NCBI RefSeq assembly: GCF_963921235.1
Contig: NC_086097.1
Span: forward strand, 104,472,001-104,536,000
Length of the DNA stretch: 64,000 nt
From: Mobula hypostoma
Taxonomy: Eukaryota
Direction: 5' to 3'
The position numbers were made by a program, and so were the translations under genes. The notes below the pieces were generated by a model. That model was not told the origin of the DNA. It searched no databases and worked only from the letters and a program-made list of their open reading frames with translations. Positions 13,626 through 26,126 of the stretch are shown piece by piece (within the stretch, counting starts at the first letter, position 1; each line of letters starts with the position of its first letter).

Positions 13626-13992
13626 TCTAATGCACTCCTCAGTGCCCTATCATTCGCTCAGGTAGTCCTACCCTGGTTTGTCCTCCCAAAGTCATACTAG
13701 TCTGAATTAAGTTCCATCTGCCCTTTTTCAGCCCATTTTTCTACCTGGGCCAGATCCCACTGCAACATTTGATAGCCTTCCTCACTGTCATCCCCAAATT
13801 TGCTGACCTTCTATAGTTCCCTTCTGGCCACCATTCCAAGCCTTGCACACACTTCCTTCAACTTCTTGACTAAATTAAATACCTCTCTTGTCATCCAAGG
13901 TTGTTGCCATCCGTGTCATTCCCTCTTTCTAGTACAAACTGGTCCTGGTTGGAGCATGTGTAGTCCTAAACCAAACTCATGTAATGGCTTGA

Positions 13993-16540
13993 CAGTGGAG
14001 GACGTGCTCAGTGTGATGACTTTACAGTGGAAGATGTGCTCAGTGTGATGACTTTATAGTGGAGGACGTGCTCAGTGTGATGACTTTATAGTGGAGGACG
14101 TGCTCAGTGTGATGACTTTACGGTGGAGGACGTGCTCAGTGTGATGACTTTACAGTGGAGGACGTGCTCAGTGTGATGACTTTACAGTGGAAGATGTGCT
14201 CAGTGTGATGACTTTACGGTGGAGGACGTGCTCAGTGTGATGACTTTATAGTGGAAGATGTGCTCAGTGTGATGACTTTACAGTGGAAGATGTGCTCAGT
14301 GTGACGACTTTACAGTGGAGGATGTGCTCAGTGTGATGACTTTACACTGGAAGATGTGCTCAGTGTGATGACTTTACAGTGGAGGATGTGCTCAGTGTGA
14401 CGACTTTACAGTGGAGGATGTGCTCAGTGTGATGACTGTACGGTGGAAGATGTGCTCAGTGTGACGACTTTACAGTGGAGGATGTGCTCAGTGTGACGAC
14501 TTTACAGTGGAGGATGTGCTCAGTGTGATGACTGTACGGTGGAAGATGTGCTCAGTGTGATGACTGTACGGTGGAGGACATGCTCAGTGTGATGACTTTA
14601 CAGTGGAAGATGTGCTCAGTGTGATGACTTTATAGTGGAAGATGTGCTCAGTGTGATGACTTTACAGTGGAGGACGTGCTCAGTGTGATGACTTTATAGT
14701 GGAAGATGTGCTCAGTGTGATGACTGTACGGTGGAGGACGTGCTCAGTGTGATGACTTTATAGTGGAAGATGTGCTCAGTGTGATGACTTTATAGTGGAA
14801 GATGTGCTCAGTGTGATGACTTTACAGTGGCGGATGTGCTCAATGTGATGACTTTACACTGGAAGATGTGCTCAGTGTGATGACTGTACGGTGGAGGACG
14901 TGCTCAGTGTGATGACTTTATAGTGGAAGATGTGCTCAGTGTGATGACTTTATAGTGGAAGATGTGCTCAGTGTGATGACTTTACAGTGGCGGATGTGCT
15001 CAATGTGATGACTTTACAGTGGAGGACGTGCTCAGTGTGATGACTTTATAGTGGAAGATGTGCTCAGTGTGATGACTTTACAGTGGCGGATGTGCTCAAT
15101 GTGATGACTTTACAGTGGAGGACGTGCTCAATGTGATGACTTTATAGTGGAAGATGTGCTCAGTGTGATGACTTTACAGTGGAGGACGTGCTCAGTGTGA
15201 TGACTTTATAGTGGAAGATGTGCTCAGTGTGATGACTTTACAGTGCCGGATGTGCTCAGTGTGATGACTTTACGGTGGAGGACGTGCTCGGTGTGATGAC
15301 TTTACAGTGGAGGATGTGCTCAGTGTGATGACTTTACAGTGGAGGACGTGCTCAGTGTGATGACTTTACAGTGGAGGACGTGCTCAGTGTGATGACTTTA
15401 CAGTGGAGGACGCGCTCGGTGTGATGACTTTACAGTGGAAGACGTGCTCAGTGTGACGACTTTACACTGGAAGATGTGCTCAGTGTGATGACTTTACAGT
15501 GGAGGATGTGCTCAATGTGATGACTTTACAGTGGAGGATGTGCTCAGTGTGATGACTTTATAGTGGAAGATGTGCTCAGTGTGATGACTTTACAGTGGAC
15601 GACATGCTCAGTGTGATGACTTTACAGTGGAGGATGTGCTCAGTGTGATGACTTTACACTGGAGGACGTGCTCAGTGTGATGGCTTTACAGTGCCGGATG
15701 TGCTCAGTGTGATGACTTTACAGTGCCGGATGTGCTCAGTGTGATGACTTTACAGTGGAGGACGCGCTCGGTGTGATGACTTTACAGTGGAGGACGTGCT
15801 CAGTGTGATGACTTTATAGTGGAAGATGTGCTCAGTGTGATGACTTTATAGTGGAAGATGTGCTCAGTGTGATGACTTTACAGTGGCGGACGCGCTCGGT
15901 GTGATGACTTTACAGTGGAGGACGTGCTCAGTGTGATGACTTTATAGTGGAAGATGTGCTCAGTGTGATGACTTTATAGTGGAAGATGTGCTCAGTGTGA
16001 TGACTTTACAGTGGCGGACGCGCTCGGTGTGATGACTTTACAGTGGAGGATGTGCTCAGTGTGATGACTTTACACTGGAGGACGTGCTCAGTGTGATGAC
16101 TTTATAGTGGAAGATGTGCTCAGTGTGATGACTTTACAGTGGCGGACGCGCTCGGTGTGATGACTTTACAGTGGAGGACGTGCTCAGTGTGATGACTTTA
16201 CACTGGAGGACGTGCTCAGTGTGATGACTTTATAGTGGAAGATGTGCTCAGTGTGATGACTTTACAGTGGAAGACGTGCTCAGTGTGATGACTTTACAGT
16301 GGAGGACGTGCTCAGTGTGATGACTTTCTAGTGGAAGATGTGCTCAGTGTGATGACTTTACAGTGGCGGATGTGCTCAGTGTGATGACTTTACAGTGGAG
16401 GACGTGCTCAGTGTGATGATTTTATAGTGGAAGATGTGCTCAGTGTGATGACTTTACAGTGGCGGACACGCTCGGTGTGATGACTTTACACTGGAAGATG
16501 TGCTCAGTGTGATGACTTTACAGTGGAAGACGTGCTCAAT
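13993..16540. repeat. 32-bp minisatellite, ~80 copies (CAGTGGAGGACGTGCTCAGTGTGATGACTTTA)
   Basis: Constant 32-bp period with substitution variants only. Confidence 0.97.
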
Positions 16541-16546
16541 ACTCAC

Positions 16547-16652
16547 AGAGATCAGTTCACCTTCATCAAGAAGATCATCAGTTGGATGCCTTGGACACCC
16601 GAGCTGGTTAAACCCTCTCGCAGACGTCAGTCCATCTGGACAACAACCGTAC
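16547..16652 (-). CDS. PAPLN: Papilin exon, Cys-rich repeat: (R)YGCCPDGLTSARGFNQLGCPRHPTDDLLDEGELIS
   Basis: CAG acceptor 16655-16653, GTGAGT donor 16546-16541; 106 bp, phase 2/0, matching both neighbours. Confidence 0.88.
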
Positions 16653-17564
16653 CTGAGCATTTCAGACAAACACATAATCCAATAAACATGGGCGTGTTTG
16701 AACGGGATTGTGAAGTGTTCTACTTCTCACTGACTCTGGGCAGGCAAAAACCTCTATACATTGCTGGGGTGGAAAGGAGGCTTCATCATCGCAGAACAAC
16801 TTGTGGACGACAAGTGTTGTCCTGAGGACTGTTCTTTGATGATATGCTTTGCCTTTTTAATCCCAGTTAGGGCTGCAAGTCTTTCATTTGGAATCATTTG
16901 TTTCCAGTGTCTCTAGCATTCAGTAACAGTTTGAAATGAAAGAGGAGATTGGTATCTTGAGGTGTTCGCCGAGCTTGAAGGTTAGGTTGCAAACATTTTG
17001 TCGCCATTCAAGGAGCCATCAATAGTACACAACAGTGTTTACGCTCACAATGACTGATAACCAGAGATACAGATCAGCAGAGATCACCCAGCTATCTGGT
17101 CAGCTGGGACCCACAGAGACCAGTGACCAGTGCGATGAGAACAGCGAGTCGGCACCAATATAAACACGGACTCTAGGCAGAAACAATGCTCGGCTGTGCA
17201 CTGATAATGTCACCTTCAGGCTCAGCAAACAGCCCTACAAACAATGGGGCAGTGTCCTTGTGCCAGGGTGGGAGACAAGCCAGAGTTTGTCAGGGCACTC
17301 TCTGATGACCCATCCACCACCGGAAACCAAGCTGAGGCAGGGCCATTAAAGAGGTGAAATTTGAATAATTAACAAAAAAATTCAGTAGGAGGGATTGTAA
17401 ACAAGGATCCTCCACTGTCCACAGAAACATACTGACTAGAGCACGAGTAGGCCATTCAGCTGAGTCTGTTCCACTGTTCAACAGATCATCCCATGCTCTT
17501 CCCACCACCATCCCCCAAAGCCTTTTGTGCCTAGAAATCTGCCCACTTAGGTTCCACACCCATA

Positions 17565-18930
17565 CAGTGGCATGCAAAAGTTTGGGCACCCCAGTCAAAA
17601 TTTCTGTTGCTGTAAATAGATAAGCGAGTAAAAGATGAACTGATTTCCAAAAGGCATAAAGTTAAAGATGGCACATTTCTTTAATATTTTAAGCAAGATT
17701 ACTTTTTAATTTCCATCTTTTACAGTTTCAAAATAACAAAAAAGGGCCCGAAGCAAAAGTTTGGGCACCCTGCATGGTCAGTACTTAGTAACACCCCCTT
17801 TGGCAAGTATCACAGCTAGTAAACGCTTTCCGTAGCCAGCTAAGATTCTTTCAATTCTTGATTGGGGGATTTTTGCCCATTCTTCCTTGCAAAAGGCTTC
17901 TAGTTCTGTGAGATTCTTGGGCCGTCTTGCATGCACTGCTCTTTTGAGGTCTATCCACAAATTTTCGATAATGTTTAGGTCAATCCACCATGGTGCTTAA
18001 CAGTTGGAGAGGTGTTCTTTTCATGAAATTCTGCACCCATTTTTTCTCCAAATATACCTTTGCTCATTGCAGCCAAAAAGTTCTATTTTAACTTCAACAG
18101 TCCACAGGACTTGTTTCCAAAATGCATCAGGCTTGTTTAGATGTTCCTTTGCAAACTTTTGATGCTGAGTTTTGTGGTCAGGATGCAGGAAAGGTTTTCT
18201 TCTGATGACTCCTCCATGAAGGTCATATTTGTGCAGGTGTTGCTGCACAGTAGAACAGTGCACCACCACTCCACAGTCTGCTAAATCTTCCTGAAGGTCT
18301 ATTACAATCAAACGGGGGTTTTGATTTGCCTTTCTAGCAATCCTATGAGCAGTTCTCTCGAAAGTTTTCTTGGTCTTCCAGACCTTAACTTGACCTCCAC
18401 CATTCCTGTTAACTGCCATTTCTTAATGACATTATCAACTGAGGAAACGGCTATCTGAAAATGCTTTGCTATCTTCTTATAGCCTTCTCCTGCTTGTGGG
18501 CATCATTTATTTTAATTTTCAGAGTGCTAGGCAGCTACTTAGAGGAGCCCATGGCTGCTGATTGCTGGGACAAGGTTTGAGGAGTCAGGGCATTTACAAA
18601 GCTTTGAAATTTGCATCACCTGGCCTTTCCTAACGATGACTATGAACAAGCCATAGCCCTAACAAGCTAATTAATGTCTGAGACCTTGGTAAAAGTTATC
18701 TGAGAGCTCAAATCTCTTGGGGTGCCCAAACTTTTGCATGGTGCTCCCTTCCTTTTCTCACTCGAAAATTGTACAAAACAAAAATAATAAACTAATCTTG
18801 CTTAAAATGTTGAAAGGAATGTTTCATCTTTAACTTTATGACTTTTGGAGATCAGTTAATCTTCTACTCACTTAACTATTCACAGTAACAGAAATTTTGA
18901 CCGGGGTGCCCAAAATTTTGCATGCCACTG
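17565..18930 (-). mobile_element. Tc1/mariner DNA transposon (IR/DR-type ends), defective transposase
   Basis: TA-CAGTGGCATGCAAAAGTTTGGGCACCC ... GGGTGCCCAAAATTTTGCATGCCACTG-TA; inner repeats at ~17755 and ~18720; transposase remnants (WKQVLWT, KIELFG, AKGGVTKY); catalytic core deleted near 17980. Confidence 0.93.
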
Positions 18931-20223
18931 TATGTAGGAAGAGTTCCACACATTCACCAGCCTTCGGGTAAAGAAATTCCCCTTACCTGTATCCTGAGAC
19001 TGTGGCCCACTGTACTAGACCATGCATCCAGTTTGTCTACTTCTGCAACAATTTTAACTGTTACAATAATGTTTACTTTAAAGACTACAGGGCCAGTCAA
19101 ACTAACATCTCCTGATTGAAGAGCCCCAGCAGCTCAGGAACTGTTTGCTGAACCTTCACTGCTGAGCCCTGCCCTGTCCGGTCTCTCCCAGTCTCAAGCC
19201 TCCCATCCTGCGGCATCTGAATTAGAATCAGGTTTTCTATCACTGACGTGTGTCGTGAAATGTCTTGTTTTGCAGCAGCAGAACAATGCAAGGCATAAAA
19301 ATTATTATGAGACACAAAAATAAACTGCAAAAGACACATCACAAGGTCTGAAAGGTGCTTCTTGAAGCATTATGAGGTCTGTAGTCTCCTTTTCAATGGT
19401 AGTAAGGCACCGTTTCAAACTCGGAGCCTTTCTGTGTCTGGTCTGGCACACAGTGAAGCCTCACCACCTTCTACAGATCCCAGCTCCTGTTGCTCAGTGC
19501 TCAGGTCAAATGCTTCACCACAGTTTACCACTTTTGGGGACTATATATGTGTACCCCTACATCGCTCTGATCTACCACACTCCCCAGACCTTTGCATTCA
19601 CTGTCGAAACCCTGCTTTGCTTTAACTGACCAAAATACAACACTTCTGCAATGAAGGACAACAGAACATTTGTTCCCAGCGATTGGTGTACCTCTGAATG
19701 TCTAAACTTTCCCCAATAATAATGGTCTTCTTTCTGCCAGGATGTAAACCGCAGTCAGCCCTGTTGCATGGCAGAGGTTGTACCCACCATGCTGGCTGAG
19801 AGACAGCACCATTATTCACTGAGGAAGACCAGCAGTATCAGGTGACTGGGGAAGGTCATGTGACACTGGAACCGAGCAACAACCCTAGGCTTTGTTTGGC
19901 TGATGTAGGAAATCTCCCAACCCTCTACCCCCATCAAGTTAGCCCAGGCATTTCAGCAGGGTCAGTGGCTGGGAGTTCAGTGCTTGAACCAGGGGAAAGG
20001 CAGTGGGCTGGTGAAAGAGGCTGTAACACCTACACTGCTCCCAGCTTCCATGACTGCCAACAGGACCCACTGCCCCACAACAATAAGGTCCAAAGATGGT
20101 CCCTCTTCAAGCCGGGAGATTGCCTGAGCTCAGATACTGGCAGCAAACGGGAAAGAACCAACAGGGTGTCAGTGAGGAGTTCAGGGCCTCTACCAATACT
20201 CAGAGTCATTGAAATTTGTGTTA

Positions 20224-22393
20224 AGAAACATAGAAACATAGAAAATAGGTGCAGGAGTAGGCCATTCGGCCCTTCGAGCCTGCACCGCCATTTATTATGA
20301 TCATGGCTGATCATCCAACTCAGAACCCCGCCCCAGCCTTCCCTCCATACCCCCTGACCCCTGTAGCCACAAGGGCCATATCTAACTCCCTCTTAAACAT
20401 AGCCAATGAACTGGCCTCAACAGTTTGCTGTGGCAGAGAATTCCACAGATTCACCACTCTCTGTGTGAAGAAGTTTTTCCTAATCTCGGTCCTAAAAGGC
20501 TTCCCCTCTATCCTCAAACTGTGACCCCTCGTTCTGGACTTCCCCAACATCGGGAACAATCTTCCTGCATCTAGCCTGTCCAATCCCTTTAGGATCTTAT
20601 ACGTTTCAATCAGATCCCCCCTCAATCTTCTAAATTCCAACGAGTACAAGCCCAGTTCATCCAGTCTTTCTTCATATGAAAGTCCTGCCATCCCAGGAAT
20701 CAATCTGGTGAACCTTCTTTGTACTCCCTCTATGGCAAAGATGTCTTTCCTCAGATTAGGGGACCAAAACTGCACACAATACTCCAGGTGTGGTCTCACC
20801 AAGGCCTTGTACAACTGCAGTGGTACCTCCCTGCTCCTGTACTCGAATCCTCTCGCTGTAAATGCCAGCATACCATTCGCCTTTTTCACCGCCTGCTGTA
20901 CCTGCATGCCCACTTTCAATGACTGGTGTATAATGACACCCAGGTCTCGTTGCACCTCCCCTTTTCCTAATCGGCCACCATTCAGATAATAATCTGTTTT
21001 CCTATTTTTGCCACCAAAGTGGATAACTTCACATTTATCCACATTAAATTGCATCTGCCATGAGTTTGCCCACTCACCCAACCTATCCAAGTCACCCTGC
21101 ATCCTCTTAGCATCCTCCTCACTGCTAACACTGCCGCCCAGCTTCGTGTCATCCGCAAACTTGGAGATGCTGCATTTAATTCCCTCATCCAAGTCATTAA
21201 TATATATTGTAAACAACTGGGGTCCCAGCACTGAGCCTTGCGGTACCCCTCTAGTCACCGCCTGCCATTCTGAAAAGGTCCCGTTTATTCCCACTCTTTG
21301 CTTCCTGTCTGCTAACCAATTCTCCACCCACACCAATACCTTACCCCCAATACCGTGTGCTTTAAGTTTGCACACTAATCTCCTGTGTGAGACCTTGTCA
21401 AAAGCCTTTTGAAAATCCAAATATACCACATCCACTGGTTCTCCCCTATCCACTCTACTAGTTACATCCTCAAAAAATTCTATGAGATTCGTCAGACATG
21501 ATTTTCCTTTCACAAATCCATGCTGACTTTGTCCGATCATTTCTCCGCTTTCCAAATGTGCTGTTATCACATCCTTGATAACTGACTCCAGCAGTTTCCC
21601 CACCACCGACGTTAGGCTAACCGGTCTATAATTCCCCGGTTTCTCTCTCCCTCCTTTTTTAAAAATTGGGGTTACATTAGCCACCCTCCAATCCTCAGGA
21701 ACTAGTCCAGAATCTAACGAGTTTTGAAAAATTATCACTAATGCATCCACTATTTCTTGGGCTACTTCCTTAAGCACTCTAGGATGCAGACCATCTGGCC
21801 CTGGGGATTTATCTGCCTTCAATCCCTTCAATTTACCTAACACCACTTCCCTACTAACATGTATTTCACTCAGTTCCTCCATCTCACTGGACCCTCTGTC
21901 CCTTACTATTTCTGGAAGATTATGTCCTCCTTAGTGAAGACAGAACCAAAGTAATTATTCAATTGGTCTGCCATGTCCTTGCTCCCCATAATCAATTCAC
22001 CTGTTTCTGTCTGCAGGGGACCTACATTTGTCTTTACCAGTCTTTTCCTTTTTACATATCTATAAAAGCTTTTACAGTCCGTTTTTATGTTCTCTGCCAG
22101 TTTTCTCTCATAATCTTTTTTCCCCTTCCTAATTAAGCCCTTTGTCCTCCTCTGCTGAACTCTGAATTTCTCCCAGTCCTCAGGTGAGCCACTTTCTCTG
22201 GCTAATTTGTATGCTTCTTCTTTGGAATTGATACTATCCCTAATTTCTCTTGTCAGGCACGGGTGCACTACCTTCCTTGATTTATTCTTTTGCCAAACTG
22301 GGATGAACAATTGTTGTAGTTCATCCATGCAACCTTTAAATGCTTGCCATTGCATATCCACCGTCACTCCTTTAAGTGTCATTTGCCAGTCTA
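20224..22393 (-). mobile_element. CR1 LINE, 5'-truncated, young, with an intact RT-to-C-terminus ORF
   Basis: 520-aa ORF (KSPGPDG, NYRPVSLTS, LDFQKAFD, KFADDTK) plus a 168-aa upstream ORF2 piece; AGAAACAT tandem tail at 20224. Confidence 0.95.
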
Positions 22394-22399
22394 TTTGCC

Positions 22400-22940
22400 A
22401 GAAGGATGCCATTAAGCTGGAAAGAGTGCAATAAAATTCATGAGGACATCACTGCATCTGGAGAGTGCGAGGTAGAACAGGTGGAAACTTTCCCCAGAAT
22501 ACAGGAGACTTTATAGAGGTTTATGAAATTGTGTGGTATAGATAAAGTAGATACACACAGTCTTTTTCAGTCTAAAGGACACAGGTTTAAGATGAGAGAG
22601 GAAAGATTTTCATCAAACATAGCATAGTACAGCACAGCCTAGGCCACTCAGCCCACAATGTTGTGCCAGCCCTTTAACCTACTCAAAGATCAATCTAATC
22701 CTTACCTCCGACATAACCATCCATATGCCTATCTAACAGCCTCTTAAATGTCCCTAATGTATGTGCCTTCACCACCACCCCTGATAGGGCATTCCACGCC
22801 TGTGTAAAAAAACTTTCCTCAATATCTGCCTGCATCTTCCTCCCAATACCTTAAAGTTACAGCCCATTATATCAGCATTTCCACCATGGGGAAAGGTCTC
22901 TGGCTGTCCACTCTGCCTGTGCCTCTTATCACCTTGCGTA
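22400..22940. mobile_element. Two degraded CR1 3' fragments in opposite orientations (+ ~22400-22610, - ~22617-22940)
   Basis: KDAIKLERVQ remnant on +; CR1-type tail at ~22617 on -. Confidence 0.6.
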
Positions 22941-23377
22941 TCAGGCAGTGGGCTTCACACTCACCCCACCCTCTGAGTGAAGATGTTTTCCCTTCAATCT
23001 TTCACCTTTCAACTTAAATCTTTCATGTCATCGTAGTATTTTCCCCAAACTTTACAGGGACTAAAAGAGTAACTTCCAAGCACCTTCAGTTCACTGAAGA
23101 GTTTCATCATTAAGAGCCGGATGCCTCTTCTCTCAATCTTCCACCATTTTCCTTTCCCAATCTTCACCCTCTGAGGCAATTATTTTGATCAGCTGTTCAC
23201 ATTTTAAAGAGGCAAGTTTTTCACACATCGTGTGGAATGAGCTGCCAGAGGAAGTGGTACAAGTGGGTACAACCACAATGAATAGAGGGATAAAGGTCAA
23301 ACACAGGGAAATGGAGCTACACACATAAGCGTTGCTGGTGAATGCAGCAGGCCAGGCAGCATCTCTAGGAAGAGGTA

Positions 23378-23414
23378 CAGTCGACGTTTCAGGCCAAGAC
23401 CCTTCGTCAGGACT
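23378..23414 (-). ncRNA. Minimal type I hammerhead ribozyme
   Basis: Minus strand reads AGTC-CTGACGA-AGG(GTCTTGG)CCT-GAAAC-GTC-GACT: intact core boxes, stems I and II pair, minimal stem III. Confidence 0.8.
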
Positions 23415-24650
23415 AACTGAAGGAAGAGTTAGTAAGAGATTTGAAAGTGAGAGGGGGAGGGGGAGATCTGAAGTGATAGGAAAAGACAGGAGGGGGAGGG
23501 ATGGAGCCAAGAGCTGGACAGGCGATTGGCAAAAGGGATATGAGAGGATCATGGGACAGGAGGCCCAGGGAGAAAGAAAAGTGGGAGGGAGGAAATCCCA
23601 GAGGATGCACAAGGAGTATAGCGAGAGGGACAGAAGGAGAAAAAGGAGAGAGAGAAAAAGAATGTGTGTATATAAATAAATAACGGATGGGGAGGTGGGG
23701 CACTAGCGGAAGTTAGAGAAGTCAATGTTCATGCCATCAGGTTGGAGGCTACCCAGAGGTGTTGTTCCTCCAACCTGAGTGTGGCTTCATCTTTACAGTA
23801 GAGGAGGCCGTGGATAGACATATCAGAATGGGAATGGGATGTGGAATTAAAATGTGTGGCCACTGGGAGATCCTGTTTTCTCTGGCAGACAGAGCGTAGA
23901 TGTTCAGCAAAACGATCTCCCAGTCTGCGTCAGGTCTCGCCAATATATAGAAGGCCACATCGGGAGCACCGAATGCAGTATATCACCCCAGCCAACTCAC
24001 AGGTGAAGTGTCACGTCACCTGGAAGGACTGTCTGGGGCCCTGAATAGTGGTGAGGGAGGAAGTGTAAGGGCATGTGTAGCACTTGTTCTGCTTACAAGG
24101 ATAAGTGCTGGGAGGGAGATCGGTGGGGAGGGATGGGGGGGACGAATGGACAAGGGAGTCACGTAGGGAACGATCCCTGCGGAAAGCAGGGGTAGGGGAG
24201 GGAAAGATGTGTTTAGTGGTAGGATCCCGTTGGAGGTGGCGGAAGTTACGGAGAATTATATGTTGGACCCGGAGGCTGGTGGGGTGGTGGTGAGGACAAG
24301 GGGAACCCTATTCCTAGTGGGGTGGCCGGAGGATGGGGTGAGAGCAGATGTGCATGAAATGGGGGAGATGCGTTTGAGAGCAGAGTTGATGGTGGAGGAA
24401 GGGGAGCCCTTTCTTTAAAAAAGGAGGACATCTCCTTCGTCCTGGAATGAAAAGCCTCATCCTGAGAGCAGATGTGGCGGAGACGGAGAAATTGCAAGAA
24501 GGGATGGCAGTTTTGCAAGTGACAGGGTGAAAACAGGAATAGTCCAGATAGCTGTGAGAGTCAGTCTGCTTATACAGTAGTAGACATCAGTAGATAAGCT
24601 GTCTCCAGAGATAGAGACAGAAAGATCAAGAGAGGGGAGGGAGGTGTCAG

Positions 24651-26126
24651 CCACGGTGGGCTTCACAGCTGAACAAGTGAGAAGACAGCTGAAACATCTC
24701 AACCCAAGCAAGGCTGCAGGACCGGATGGTGTCAGTACCAGGGTGCTCAAAGCCTGTGCCCCTCAGCTATGTGGAGTACTTCGCCATGTATTCAACCAGC
24801 AGCCTCAATGACTACAGACCGGTGACATTGACCTCCCACATCATGAAGACCCTGGAGAGACTTGTTCTGGAGCTGCTCCGGCCTATAGTCAGGCCACAGT
24901 TAGATCCCCTCCAGTTCACCTACCAGCCCCGACTAGGAGTTGAGGATGCCATCGTCTACCTGCTGAACCGTGTCTACGCCCACCTGGACAAGCCAGTGAG
25001 CACCGTGAGGGTCATGTTTTTTGACTTCTCCAGTGCGTTCAACACCATCCGCCCTGCTCTGCTGGGGGAGAAGCTGACAGCGATGCAGGTGGATGCTTTC
25101 CTGGTGTCATGGATTCTTGATTACCTGACTGGCAGACCATTGTACGTGTGCTTGCAACACTGTGTGTCCGACAGAGTGATCAGCAGCACTGGGGCTCCAC
25201 AGGGGACTGTCTTGTCTCCCTTTCTCTTCACCATTTACACCTCGGACTTCAACTACTGCCATAGTCTTGTCATCTTCAGAAGTTTTCTGATGATTCTGCC
25301 ATAGTTGGATACATCAGCAAGGGAGATGAGACTGAGGACAGGGCTACTGTAGGAAACTTTGTCACATGGTGTGAGCAGAATTATCTGCAGCTTAATGTGA
25401 AAAAGACTAAGGAGTTGGTGGTAGACCTGAGGACAGCTAAGGTACCAGTGACTCCTGTTTCCATCCAAGGGGTCAGTGTGGACATGGTGGAGGATTACAA
25501 ATACCTGGGGATACGAATTGACAATAAACTGGACCGGTCAAAGAACACTGAGACTGTCTACAAGAAGGGTCAGAGCCGTATCTATTTCCTGAGGAGACTG
25601 AGGTATTTTAACATCTGCCGGACAATGCTGAGGATGTTCTATGAGTCTGTAGTGGCCAGTACTATCATGTTTGCTGTTGTGCGCTGGGGCAGCAGGCTGA
25701 GGGTAGCAGACACCAACAGAATCAACAAACTCATTCGTAAGGCCAGTGATGTTGTGGGGATGGGACTGGACTCTCTCACAGTGGTGTCTGAAAAGAGGAT
25801 GCTGTCCAAGTTGCATGCCATCTTGGACAATGTCTCCCATCCACTACATAATGTACTGGGTGGGCACAGGAGTACATTCAGCCAGAGACTCATTCCACCG
25901 AGATGCAACACAGAGCGTCATAGGAAGTCATTCCTGCCTGTGGCCATCAAACTTTACAACTCCTCCCTTGGAGGGTCAGCCAATAGGCTGGTCCTGGACT
26001 TATTTCCTGGCATAATTTACATATTACTATTTAACTATTTATGATTTTATTACTATTTATTATTTATGGTGCAACTGTAACAAAAACCAATTTCCCCCGG
26101 GATCAATAAAGTATGACTATGACTAT
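24651..26126 (+). mobile_element. Rex1/Babar-like (L2/CR1 group) LINE, 5'-truncated, inserted in the Penelope element
   Basis: DYRPVTLTSHIMKTLERL, FDFSSAFNTI, GAPQGTVLSPFLF, YKYLGI; ends AATAAA + (GACTAT)n; Penelope sequence resumes at ~26127. Confidence 0.85.

Noticed and set aside
13993..16540. CRISPR-like array (32-bp period); also a snoRNA box C-like TGATGA
   Set aside because: Head-to-tail repeats with no unique spacers, no cas genes and a vertebrate context; no C/D box architecture
16555..16561. Alternative donor GAAG|GTGAAC in the Cys-rich exon
   Set aside because: It is phase 1 and incompatible with the phase-0 acceptor at 6376; the GTGAGT donor at 16546 fits
20320..21882. 520-aa RT ORF as a host gene or an active LINE
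   Set aside because: 5'-truncated CR1 with no endonuclease or ORF1 and a frame break at ~21900
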